64,000 bases of DNA. Origin: Mytilus californianus (Eukaryota). The notes beneath the pieces are model-generated. The model was not told the DNA's origin and did no database searches. It worked only from the letters and a program-made list of their open reading frames with translations. How positions within the stretch are numbered: the stretch's first letter is position 1; each line of letters opens with the position of its first letter. The DNA lies in assembly GCF_021869535.1 (NCBI RefSeq), contig NW_026262581.1, positions 30,442,001 to 30,506,000 on the forward strand, written 5' to 3'. Of this stretch, positions 1 to 12,200 are shown piece after piece. The position numbers were made by a program, and so were the translations under genes.

Positions 1-89
1 GATTAGTTTGAAATATCACTTGAATTATTTAGTTTTAAATGAAAATTGTAATTTTGACATTGATAACATTATATATGTTTAAATTATTA

Positions 90-1664
90 TAATAAATTGC
101 TTCGCTGAACGAAGCTAAATACGACCGCAGATGTCCAACCCTGAAAAGTTGGGGCCAAAATGGACACAATATTCACGCTTGATACAGGTCTGAATTTGGA
201 TTGTAACTAAATTTTTGACACATAATAGGTTTCTGACACAGAATAACTGTAGTCAAAGAACTTCAAATTGGTTATATGATTTGAATTTATATTCAATTTT
301 TTGCTTTTGTGCAATACACTATGCTGTTGCGAATTGACCCCCACCCACCAAATAAAAAAAAAATTTTTACCCCGGTTTTCTGCTTTTGTGCAATACACTA
401 TGCTGTTGAATATTAACTCCCAAAAAAAAATATTTGAAGAAATTTTCTTTTATTTAGTTTTAAATGAAAATTGTAATTTTGACATTGAGAACATTATATA
501 TGTTTTAATTATTATAATAAATTGCTCTGCTGAGCGAAGCTGGATACGACCGCAGATGTCCAACCCTGAAAAGTTGGGGCCAAAATGGACACAACCACTA
601 TCGACAACCACTGAAATACAGGCTTATTACTTCAGACTGGCATATAAGGAACGTGGAAGGGATACATATGTTTGTAAGCACTCAACCCTCCCCTTACCTT
701 GGACAATGATGTAACAGCACACCAAAAGAAAAAAAACTATATTCAAGTCAGATAGAATTAAAAAGTCTTGATTCATCAGATTGACACCAAACAAAAAACA
801 CTTAACAATAAAATGCTCCACTGGACACAGCTTGATATGACCACAGAGGTCGAACCCTGAACAATTAGGGCAAGTATGGACAATTCTGAAATCTGAAATG
901 AGAAAAATTGTCCCCCCACCTTTTCCCTTATTCCCCCAAAAAAATCTTTCCCTCAAGATATGGTCAGTATCTCAATTCAAATTTCTAATGGAGTTTGCAA
1001 CCATAATTACCCATTTAAATACATCATAAAAGTTTTAAAATATAAAATGACAAACATAGTCATGGCTAAAATTAATAAAAATTAATATTAATTAATAGTA
1101 ACTGCTAAAAATAAATTGACAGCTAATCACCTCAAGACAATCATCATTTCTTAATACATAATTTACAAGCAGTGTAAGGGAGATAATCAAACAGTGTTCT
1201 TTTAATTGATTTGGATTACCTCCCTTACACTGCTTTTAAATTTTCTCAATTGTCCTTTAACCAGAAAAACCCTTGTTTTTTTTTCCCTTTTTTTGCCCCT
1301 AATTACTAATTGGTTTGAGCCATAACCCCCCAAAGTCAATCCTAACCATCCCTTTGTAGTATGGAAACTTGTGGTATAATTTCAGAGAGATTCATACACT
1401 TTAACACAAGTTGTTGTCTGGAAACTACAAAAATGCTTATTTGGGCCCCTTTTTGGCCCCTAATTCCTAAACAGTTGGGACCATAACCCTCAAAATCAAT
1501 CCAAACCTTCCTTTAGTGGTTATAAACCTTGTGTTAAAATTTTATTGATTTCTATTTACTTATACTAAAGTTATTATCCAGAAACTTCGGACGACGCTGA
1601 AGACAACGACAACGTGATACTAATATAAGACCAAAATTTTTTAAATTTTTGCGGTCATATAAAA
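90..1664 (+). mobile_element. Helentron-associated (HINE/Pearl-like) non-autonomous element cluster with reiterated 5' ends
   Basis: 5' motif ATACGACCGCAGA near 120, 545 and (degenerate) 835; 425-bp-period duplication; internal ~160-bp units; GAC-rich tract; 3' stem ending TGCGGTCATATAAAAA. Confidence 0.65.
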
Positions 1665-2019
1665 AGTGGCAACAGTATCCAAGAAAATGCTAATAGCTCC
1701 CTACAATATGCAGTAATAATAAAAATAAAAAGTTTTCAAAAATAAACATTTATTATCAATGGTAACAAGATTTTAGAAGATAACATAGTTTGTAGACATT
1801 TAAGATTAAAAAGAATCTTTTTGTAGAAACTACCCGGTAAAATGTCAATATAAATCAATTAAAATCAGGTTGAAGATCAATTGCTTTATACCAATCCACA
1901 TTTTCCCCCTTTTTTCATGAATAAAATAAAAAGGGTTTTCAGTACAGATTATCTCTTTGTAAAAATGTAAATACGAAGGAGACATACATATCTTAGTCAT
2001 AAATCATCTTTTTGCTTAA

Positions 2020-2283
2020 GGGACCTCGGTGGCCGAGTGGTCTAAGTAGTTACTACTGTAATCACTAGCCAGTCAACACTGAGGTTGTGAGTTCGAACCT
2101 CGCTCGTGCGGGTGCACTCGACTCCAATCTTAATTGACTAGGATTGTCAGTTTTCCTATCGAAGGTCGGTGGTTTTCTCTGGGTACTCCGGCTTCCTCCA
2201 CCAAAAAAAACTGGCCGCCACGAAATAGCCCAAAAGCGGTGCTTAAAAGTGGCGTTAAACACCAAAAATCAAATCAAAATCAA
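2020..2283 (+). mobile_element. tRNA-derived SINE (V-domain-like core), full length, 14-bp TSD
   Basis: A box GGTGGCCGAGTGGTCTAAG; B box GAGTTCGAACC; core GGTTTTCTCTGGGTACTCCGGCTTCCTCC; (AAATC)n tail; TSD ATCTTTTTGCTTAA at 2006-2019 and 2284-2297. Confidence 0.9.
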
Positions 2284-2401
2284 ATCTTTTTGCTTAAAAA
2301 ATTCTTTTCTAAATACCATAAACTTTAAACTACAAATTGTAAGTAAACACATATTTTGAAACCAAGCAAGCAAAATATTCATTCATAAATGCATCTGATA
2401 T

Positions 2402-2572
2402 AACAATAAATTGCTTCGCTGAGCGCAGCTGTATATGACCGCAGAGGTCCAACCCTGAACAGTTGGGGCAAAAATGGACACAATATTCGTGCTTGATACA
2501 GGTCTGAATTTGGATTGTAATTAAATATTTTACCAATATTCGATCGCAAAATTTTTTGCGGTCGTATAAAAA
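2402..2572 (+). mobile_element. Short internally deleted HINE-like copy
   Basis: Same 5' TATGACCGCAGAGG motif and 3' CGATCGCAAAA-TTTTGCGGTCGTATAAAAA hairpin as the neighbouring copies. Confidence 0.65.
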
Positions 2573-2748
2573 GGTATTACTGTGATTAGACAGAATGGCA
2601 TCTTAATTTTAATATCAGGTCTTGGGTCTCTGAGTTTTGATATTGGCTATTGTGTGAAAAGTTGGAACAATCTAATGAGAAATACCAAATTTACTTTTCT
2701 TAGACGCTCTGATATTAATGTGCAATGTTAAATGTGTAAAACATAATA

Positions 2749-2816
2749 CTGTAAATTCAGAAATAAGTGTGAGGTTTTTAGTAATGCGAATAATGTGACA
2801 ATTTCTGAATTTACAG
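2749..2816. mobile_element. 68-bp MITE with TA flanks
   Basis: TA-CTGTAAATTCAGAAAT...ATTTCTGAATTTACAG-TA; same family as 9316-9522. Confidence 0.75.
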
Positions 2817-3296
2817 TATTCTCTTCTCTATTTTAACATATTCTTTAGCAATTTTTGTAGATACTTGATTATGAAATATTAAAAACTGTAAAAACTTGAA
2901 TATTAAAAACTCATAAAAAACAACTCCAAGATGCATTCTCATTATCACTATGCATCTATTATACATATACTTCAAATACTAATCAGCAGTAGTTTTAAAA
3001 AATAAAAAAATTACCTTTTGCATAGTTAAAATTCATCAATTCAATGACTTGAAATAATATATTAAAAGTGTTATGATCTGGGTTCACATTCTCAACATAG
3101 CTGTATTTACCCTGACTCCATGAGTCTTGGGGCCAATACAGGTTACCTCAAATCTATACTAGTGCCAATACAAGCACAGCCAGCAAATAACACAATAATC
3201 TTTTTAAACAAAGACAATTAAAGGTATACCTATTCATTCCGTAATATAAACCCTTTCATTAGGTATTGTAAGATCAAAATTGCTCAAAATACACTC

Positions 3297-4785
3297 AACA
3301 ATAAAATGCATCGCTGGGCGCAGCTTGATACGACCGCAGAGGTCAAACCCTGAACAGTTGGGGCAAGTATGGACACAACATTCAAGCTTGATACAGCTCT
3401 GAATTTGGATTGTGATTAAATATTTGACACAGCATAGGTTTCTGACACAGAATGAATGTGGTCTAAGAACTTAAAAAATTTTAATTTACCTATTATGGTC
3501 CAATATCCAAAATCTAAATACATACACGGTTAGATTCAGCATATCAAAGAACCCTAAGAATTCAATTTTTGTTAAAATCAAACTAAGTTTAATTTTGGAC
3601 CATTTGGACCTTAATGTAGACCAATTTGAAAACAGGACCAAAAATTAAGTATCTAAATACACGGTTGGATTCAGCATATCAAAGAACCCCAATATTTCAA
3701 TTTTTGATGAAATCAAACCATATCATTATTATTTGCTTTTATATATAAATCAAAAATAACCAACTTAAAATGGAAAATTTTAAAGAAAAAAAGGAAACCC
3801 CCCCCAATTTTTTGAACCCCCTTATGATTCATCACCCCCAAACTCAATCCCAGCCTTCCCTTTGTGGTACGGTACCTTACAGTACAATTTCAGAGAGATC
3901 CATACACTTGAACACAAGTAATTGTCTGGAAACTAAAAATGCTTGTTTTTTGGCCCCAAATTCCTAAACGTTTAGGGCAATTACCCCCAAACTCAAACCC
4001 AGCTTTCCCTTTCTGATATGGAACCTTGTAGTACAATTTCATAAAGATCCATACACTTACACACAAGTTATTGTCCTGAAACTAGAAAAATGCTTGTTTT
4101 TTTGCCCCTTTTTTGCCCCTAATTCCTAAAATTTTAAAGCAATTACCCCTAAAATCAATCCCAGCCTTCCCTTTGTGGTATGGTACCTTGCAGTACAATT
4201 TCAGAGAGATCCATACACTTGAACACAAGTTATTGTCTGGAAACTAGAAAATGCTTATTTTTGGCCCCTTATTCCTAAACGTTTTGGGCAATTACCCCCA
4301 AACTCAATTCCAGCTTTACCTTTGTGATATGGAACATTGTAGTACAATTTCAGAAAGATCTATACACTTGCACACAATTTATTGTCATGAAACTAGAAAA
4401 ATACTTGTTTTTTGCCCCTTTTTTGGCCCCTAATTCCTAAAATTTTGAGGCAATTACCCCCAAAACCAATCCCAGCATTCCCTTTAATTTGTGATATGGA
4501 ACCTTGTGGTACAATGTCAGAGAGATCCATACACTAACAAACAAGTTATTGTCTGGAAGTTACAAAAATTCTTATTTTTGGTCCCTTATTACTTAACTGT
4601 TGGTACCATAACCCCCAAAATCAATCCCAACCTTCCTTTTGTAGTATTGAACCTTATGGTAAAATTCCATAGAGATCCATTCACTTAAACTAAAGTTATT
4701 GTGCGAAAACCAATGTGTCTTGGGACGATGACGCCAACGTCATACCAATATATGACCACAAAACTTTTTTGCGGTCATATAAAAA
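3297..4785 (+). mobile_element. HINE/Pearl-like element with six internal tandem units (149/162-bp alternation)
   Basis: 5' ATACGACCGCAGAGG; units anchored at 3851, 4000, 4162, 4311, 4473 and 4628; 3' GACGATGACG tract and ATATGACCACAAAA-TTTTGCGGTCATAT hairpin. Confidence 0.75.
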
Positions 4786-4940
4786 GGCTAGAAAATCAAA
4801 GAAATATATTCAATGGAACTTTGCATAAATAATCTGGAAAATTTAATAGCTTAAATTAACATGCCACAGCATAATGCCTGCTTCCATCATACAAATGGAT
4901 TCAGAAACAAATGCCAGATCTTAAAAAGTTAATTTCCAAC

Positions 4941-5881
4941 CAAGGGTCCGGAAACGGTCATATTTGCCAGTCTTGTCCTAAACAAGTAATTGGGATTTAG
5001 GACAAATTTTATTTTTTAACAGAAATAATTTCGGTCATTTCGTTGAGATCGAGTTTCTAAATGGCCATTTTGAACTTGTTTTTGTTTTGTTAACCCTTTC
5101 CTGTAATAAAACTGCCACTCCAGTACATATATTGGCTAATGATCGGTAATCTCTTTACCTGTGTTTTTAATTCACACCTGGCTATTGATCACAAGCTCAG
5201 AACTAATATAATAAAGAAATTAAAATTCCATAACAACTGTCTTCATGGTTTAATTACTTTTCAGCTAAGAAAATTGTCAATTCTGATTTAAAATTAAATT
5301 AAAACTTGATTTAATTTAGGTAGAAAAAAGTATTTTTTCACTACTAACACACATGCTTTGTTTACTATGTAATATGCATGCTTGAAATTCTCTTCCGCAG
5401 ATTGGACACTAAATCGTAAATTCAAAATGATTTCATTCTAAATAAAGCAAGTGCAACTATTATCATTAATATTCAAACACTATCAAAGGTAAAAAATTAA
5501 AAAGCCGATGATTTCCTGTGAATTTGATAAACAAAACTAATCCCGGAAATGAGTTTGGAATTGCTCGTTTTAGTATTGTCGCAAAACATCCGGTTTTAAT
5601 TTTGTCTTCAAAATCGGAAAAAAAAAAACGTTAGCGATGTCTGAGAAAGTTATCGTTTTGAGTCATTTTTAAACTGTTGCCTTCCCTTAATTGCTCTTGA
5701 ACGAAAATGGCAGGAAAATTCATGAAGTAAATGCGATGCAACATTTAAACAAGTTCGTTGATGCTACGAGTATGAGCATACTCAGTAATGTGATTTTGAC
5801 AATGTTTTTTTGAAAAAGGGCACCAACTTTTAAGTTATCTCAAAATGACCGAAATTATCTGAAAAAATTTCCGGATCCTTG
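4941..5881. mobile_element. Non-autonomous hAT-like element, 8-bp TSD
   Basis: TIR CAAGG(G/A)TCCGGAAA, 13/14 match; TSD TTTCCAAC at 4933-4940 and 5882-5889. Confidence 0.85.
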
Positions 5882-7279
5882 TTTCCAACTATACATGTCA
5901 TAAAAAATAACACCAAAACATCTTTATACTACAAAAAGAATAAGATCACTATACATAAATGTTTATTGTTATAAATGGTAAACACTATTGATTTCTGCAT
6001 AAACTTCTGCTGTGCCATTTTGGCTACTTTGGAATACGTTTTGACAAGTTTAATTCAGACCATGTCTATCTGCCTTCAGATTCTTTTTATATTACAAATA
6101 TAGTAAAAGAGTATCATGAAAATAATTTTCCGTAGATATCAAGACTAAAATTATTTTCATGATCAATTGCCAATTACTGTACACATACTTAAGAGTAAAA
6201 CATAAATAAATTAAAATGTTAAAATAAATCTCTATAACAGACTTAGTCGTGTCAGTTCAATGTACTTTCATTTTAAACATTATATAATTACGATCCTATA
6301 CAGTATTGGTGGGTATTTGTTTTTTATCTGAAATACTGTGGGTTTTTTTTAAGTACAAAAAGGTCGAATGGCATTCATATATGATATAAAATCATGAATA
6401 TACAACAAAATGAGCCAAGGGTCACTCATTTGAGAAGCAATGCTTTCTATAAGTCTAGATATTTTAATATGACTTTTATTACAATCATCCTTAAACAGCA
6501 GGGATATACAGTTTTCAATTACATACAAATTTGGTGGTTGTCAGTTTTGCTAAAAGGTATATGGTAATGTATGAGTTTTTTAAGATAATGTCTCAAATTT
6601 TTACCTTTAAGAGGTTGTACTGTCCTTGTAAATCACATTTTTGTGACAAGACTCGACTTAATCTCGACAGTGAATAAAAGTCATGCAACTGAAATTTCAT
6701 TATTTTACTTTTAGAATATAGATTTAATATGAGTGAATTAATAAATTATTTTCACATTAATTAAAGTGACCCTCCTCCTCTTTTCATTTATCTAAGATAT
6801 ATGAAAGCTTAAACCACTAATTCAAAAACTCAACATAAATTCAGCTATTAACTACACAATTTTGCATCCACAAATAAAAAACAGCACATTGTGTGGCAGC
6901 GTATTTTCTTTAACATGACAACGTTATAAATGAAATTCTGCTTATAAATTAACACACACACAAAAACTATAACAATTAATTTGATTTACTCCATTCAATG
7001 GGATAGAATTAAATACTGTCAATATTTTCAATAGTAAACAAATGTAAATAGATATATTATAACAATTACATTAAATGTATGTTTCATTAGAATCTGTAAT
7101 TTTGATTGGTAGACAACAATCAAGAAGCACTCCAATATCATATTTTATTTCCATATAAAATACACTAGCTATGACTGCATGTGCTATCCGTGACAATGTT
7201 AAAATAATGCATTAAAAAAACAAACGAAAAGTTTGATATAACTCTTAATTTCATGGTTGTAGCATAAAAATGTATTTAT

Positions 7280-7430
7280 AAGAATTGCATGCTTCTTTTT
7301 ACAATCTTATAGGGTTGTAAAAGTGATGATCATGAACACATTTTTAATATGAAGCTATTCCGTGGAAAATGTGCTTTTGTTAATGCATTTACACCCCTAT
7401 AAAATTATTAAAAGTAGCATGCAATTCCTA
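7280..7430. mobile_element. Degenerate palindromic MITE-like element
   Basis: GAATTGCATGCT...TATAGGGTTGTAAA inverted with TTTACACCCCTATA...AGCATGCAATTC. Confidence 0.45.
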
Positions 7431-9070
7431 ATTGAAGCTTTATATATTTATTGCTTTGAGAATATGAAAAAATAGTGATTTTATATACACTTGCATAGTA
7501 TAACAGAAACTTTGATTCATAATTAAAATCATTATCAATACAAATTAAATCAAAATAAAACTGAAATGATACAACACATTTCAAAGTATGTTTACATGAA
7601 CTTTAAAAAAATTGTATCTCAAGTGATTGCTAAAACCCATTGTTTGATACAGGTTGTTTAACCCTATATTAAAAAATAACTGGAACAAGCATTTAATGTA
7701 ACTTGACTTTGTTAGTCACAGTTAGGAAATATACAAGATTGCATAATTAATTTCTACATGAAGACAATAGTAAAAACACATGAAAATCCATGCAGAATAC
7801 TTACATTTTCACCATGCCCTCTAATAATTTTTTAATTTCTTCATTTTATATTTTTAAAAAACCCAAAGTTGTAACTTTCTCAGGCAAAACCACCCTAGGT
7901 ACAGTTTTGCCTTTCATTTTTACATCACCTGAGGTATTTCAGCCACAAATCCATTTGTAAATACATCTTTGGCTTCAAAACTTTTGACTTTACTTGCCCT
8001 GTTGAGAATAAATCAGGAAAGGTGCTTTATTAACGCTGTCATGATGTTCTTCCTTTTAAATAATTTCTCTCTCACTGGAATTAATAGTTTTTATCTTAGT
8101 TGTTGAATATCTAGATAAACTGACAAAATCAAAAACTTTAAAAAAAACAATGCCACTAACAGCAATCCTATGTTAAAACTTTCAATATTATGTCAAGGCC
8201 AGAAAAAATCACAATATCTGAACTATTTAAGGAGCAACTGTGCTCTATTTTTATACTTTCTGGTGTCATTGTTGATTTTACTGTTGCAAAATGCGCTTTC
8301 TGAAAACAGAAATTACAGACTATAAATCTAAGATTGATGTCAGCAAGTACTAAAATACATAATTGTTATTCCTATAAATGCAATTGCTAAATCATGCCTG
8401 TTAAATGAAATTTTTGATAAATGGAAACCCTATCTATATTTGTGCATAGTATTCCAACAGGTATATCATAGATTCTACATCCTCAAAATATGAAGTCATC
8501 CAATTAAAATTGTTGATATCAGACAATTACTTCAAAGTAAGACAGTAAAAAAAAAAATGACAAAAATATAGAGTTACCTCCCATTAAATTATCTTTGCAG
8601 AAAGTATTCTGCATTATACAATATCATATTTCATATGAACATTTTTTAAACTAAAATTACAAAATTAAAATAACATTTTTAATGTCTTAATTTACAACAA
8701 ACAGCATGTTTTTTTTTATATTACTTAAAAATAAATCCATAAAACACAGCCATTCAAAAACAAAATGCACGTTTACCTAGTTTGCATGTATTGGTGTTAT
8801 AAAGACATATTGTCAAACAAGCAGTAATACACTGGAAAACACATAACTCCATTTTGTTCATTCAAAGAATGAGCAGCATATTCAACAAGTAGACTTATCA
8901 CAATACACATTGAAAGACTCTTAACAAAACATTCCCTGATAGCTTACTATTTTACAGAATTTTGAAGTAATACACTTTATATAATTAACATTTTATTTAT
9001 AAATTAAATTATTGACTATATACAATCACTGGTATGGTGCTGATATCTTTGCTTCTCATCACCAATTCCA

Positions 9071-9244
9071 TCAGTTGTTAGGTGATGTAATCGAGACACC
9101 ACCATTGCTGGGAACAGTTGATGAGTTGGACGATGATTCACAATGGTCATCATTTCGTGTAGACTTATACAGAGGAAGCCCAGAACTTGTAGCAAATGCT
9201 GCAGTTTTTTCACACACCTTCGGTAGATCTGATATGAGGTATAT
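9071..9244 (-). CDS. PLPP1: PLPP exon 6 (last coding exon, Ser-rich tail)
   Basis: TTTGCAG acceptor, IYLISDLPKVCEK...SITSPNN*; phase 0 fits exon 5. Confidence 0.85.
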   Translation of the reverse strand: MYLISDLPKVCEKTAAFATSSGLPLYKSTRNDDHCESSSNSSTVPSNGGVSITSPNN

Positions 9245-12200
9245 CTGCAAAGAAAAGAGTATAAAAGCTGAAATGTCTTGCATTCTTTTAAATTAATTAT
9301 AACTGAATACCGGTACTGTAAATTCAGAAATTATTGCAAGGTTTTTTATAATTGGGAATAATACCACTGGGTGAGTATCACAATAATAAGAACTCACATT
9401 CAGAAATCTGGCACATATATTTGTATCCAGCTTTTCCTGTAATCACAATAATTATTCCCAAATTTTGGTCTGTCACGTTGATCTGCGATAATAAATGCAC
9501 ACAATTATTTCTGAACTTACAGTAGTACATAAACAGTCTTTTTGATAATGGTTCTAATGCTTATATCAAGAAACCATAACATTAACCAACTAACCATGAA
9601 AATTAGGTCAAGGTAGGTTGACTCCTGTCAGATATACATACACCTTAGCTGATGATGGTTATTCCAGAAACATTTTTGTTAGCCATGTGCTAGAGTAGAA
9701 TGTTACCCTTGTTAACCAATAAAAAGCTGGCATTTTAACATGCAGTAATACTGTATAATAACATATATTAACCTATTCTGAACATTCAGGTTTCACAAAT
9801 TTAAAATTTCACTTCATAAACGAATGAAAGGTTCATACAAATGGATAGAGAGATAAACCATAATACAATCAACTTCATTAGGTAGTGGATGTGAACTCTA
9901 AATTATAAATGTAGAAATATAAAATATCAATACAATAATTAAACATATGATTGCTATTAATACACCAGTTAAAATTTTGTATACAATAATACATTGGATT
10001 TTTTATACAAACTCTGAAATTTTGAGGACAAGCATGTAATTAGTATATTTGATTAAATGTTATTTATCCAGCAGACAAATCATATCATAGTGACCTCTAA
10101 CATACTGAATATACATAGAATGAGAGGTTAAGTATAAATCAATGAGACAGCAACCCAACAATTATAAAAAAAAAAAAACATAAACCATTAACAGACAGTC
10201 TTGAACAATAGACAGAAGTCCATACAAGATGTCAAGCTCTTTAACAATCGTTCACAGTTATTTATGCAACTATAAATTTAAATATCTACAGACATATTAA
10301 GATTATCTAGATTTATAAAGACATGCCACGGCCAAACACATAACATTTCAGTCTTGTACAAGAGATATTGGATTATAAATGCAAAGAAGTAGATCAAACC
10401 ACAGTAATTTCAGAAAAAATAAATGCAGCAATGTATGTTGCAAACATTTTATTTCAAACTCACATTTATTTTCTATTCATCATTAGTCATGCATCTTTTA
10501 CTCAAATGACATTTTTGCATTTAAATCTACTATTACACACATTCTAAATCTATGAATTAACAACAGGAGATTGTAGGTGATAATATGATTTATAAACAAG
10601 CATTCTGTGAGTATTGTCTGGCAATTCATAGTCCCCTACCGGTTAAAAATTCATTGTACTTGAACAAAATGCTAACTTGATCTATAACTTGTCATGGTGT
10701 AAACTTTATAACAAATATCAAATCAATATCTTCAAGCATGACCAAAAAAAATGTGGAAAATTGATTATTTGAGTGAATTTTCTAAGTCCAAGTACCATAA
10801 CTCTGCACAAAATCATCAGACCGGAACAAAATTCGAACTTGGTCTGTAATTTGTCATGATAAAACTATATACCAATTATCAAATCAATATCTTCAAGCAT
10901 GACGACAAAAAATGAGGAAAACTGATTATTTGAGTTAATTTTCTAAGTCCAAGGACCATAACTCTGCACAAAATCATTAGACCGGACAAAAATTGGAACT
11001 TGATCTGTAACTTGTCATGATAAAACTATAAATCAATCATCAAATCAATATCTTGAAGTATGACAAAAAAAAAGTGCGAAAAACTGATTATTTGAGTGAA
11101 TTTTCTAAGTTCAAGGACCATAACTCTGCACAAAATCATCAGACCAGAACAAAATTCACACTTAAACTGTAACTTGTCATGATAAAACTATGTACCACTT
11201 ATCAAATCAATATCTTCAAGAATGACAACAAAAAGTGCGGAAAACTGATTTTTTTAGTGAATTTTCTAAGTCAAAGGACCATAACTCTGCACAAAATCAT
11301 CAGACCGGAACAAAATTTGAACTTGATCTGTAACTTGTCATGATTAAACAATACACCAAATATCAAATCAATATCTCCAAGCATGAAGAAAAAAAATGTG
11401 GAAAACTGATTTGCCAGACAGACAGACAGACAGACGGAGTGCAAACCTAAAGTCCCCTTCGACTTCGTCGGTAGGGGACTAAAAACTGTGAATTCATTTA
11501 TTTTCATGGGTACAAATTTTCTTGGATTGAGGAACACTAGCATTTTCGTGGACATTTGATTCCTTTGTTTTGCCAAAGTCTGCATACATGTATATTCCTG
11601 CAGAAAATTTGTGTTTTGTTGACTTTGAAATTTGAGGCTACCCTGTACTGATGAAATCCGCGAAAAATTAATAATCAACGAATAATTATGAATCAACAGA
11701 AGGTGATGAGACATTTCAAACAGTTTAATTAATAATATATTCATAAAATTTTCAAAGTGTTAATAAATAATTTAAGTTTAAAAAAAAATTGGTTTCATAA
11801 ATTTGCATATAAGCAGATTCTTAAAATAGATTAATAAATACAATTATGTTCTTATTATTTCAAAAGTTGATATATTGTTGAACTTATTAAGGGTTATCAC
11901 TATGGTAGATGCAATAGGTAACATAGTTCATAATCCTTATGCACAATTACAAAATCCATTTTATTACAATAGCAATGGGAAAGGCAGACAAAAATTTGCA
12001 GTAAACGATAGCCAAAACCACAATTGTTTTTAATAGCAATAAGGAAAACAGATCCTATAGGATCAGCTGTACCGATAGCCAGTTATAAGGTGAGAACCAA
12101 GTGCATAGAAATTGTAGGACACACTGAACTAACAGATGTTGACCAAAATTTGTAAAAGGAAAAGGATTGTCTAGTCAATTAAAAAGCATGTTGAATGAAA

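Noticed and set aside
301-956. 137-aa and 109-aa ORFs
   Set aside because: They lie in duplicated HINE-like repeat sequence and have no domain similarity
2020-2105. tRNA gene
   Set aside because: A and B boxes are present, but there is no acceptor stem, and it continues into a SINE body with a tail and TSD
11271-11744. 157-aa ORF
   Set aside because: Spans two adjacent repeats (HINE end plus MITE) within a PLPP intron
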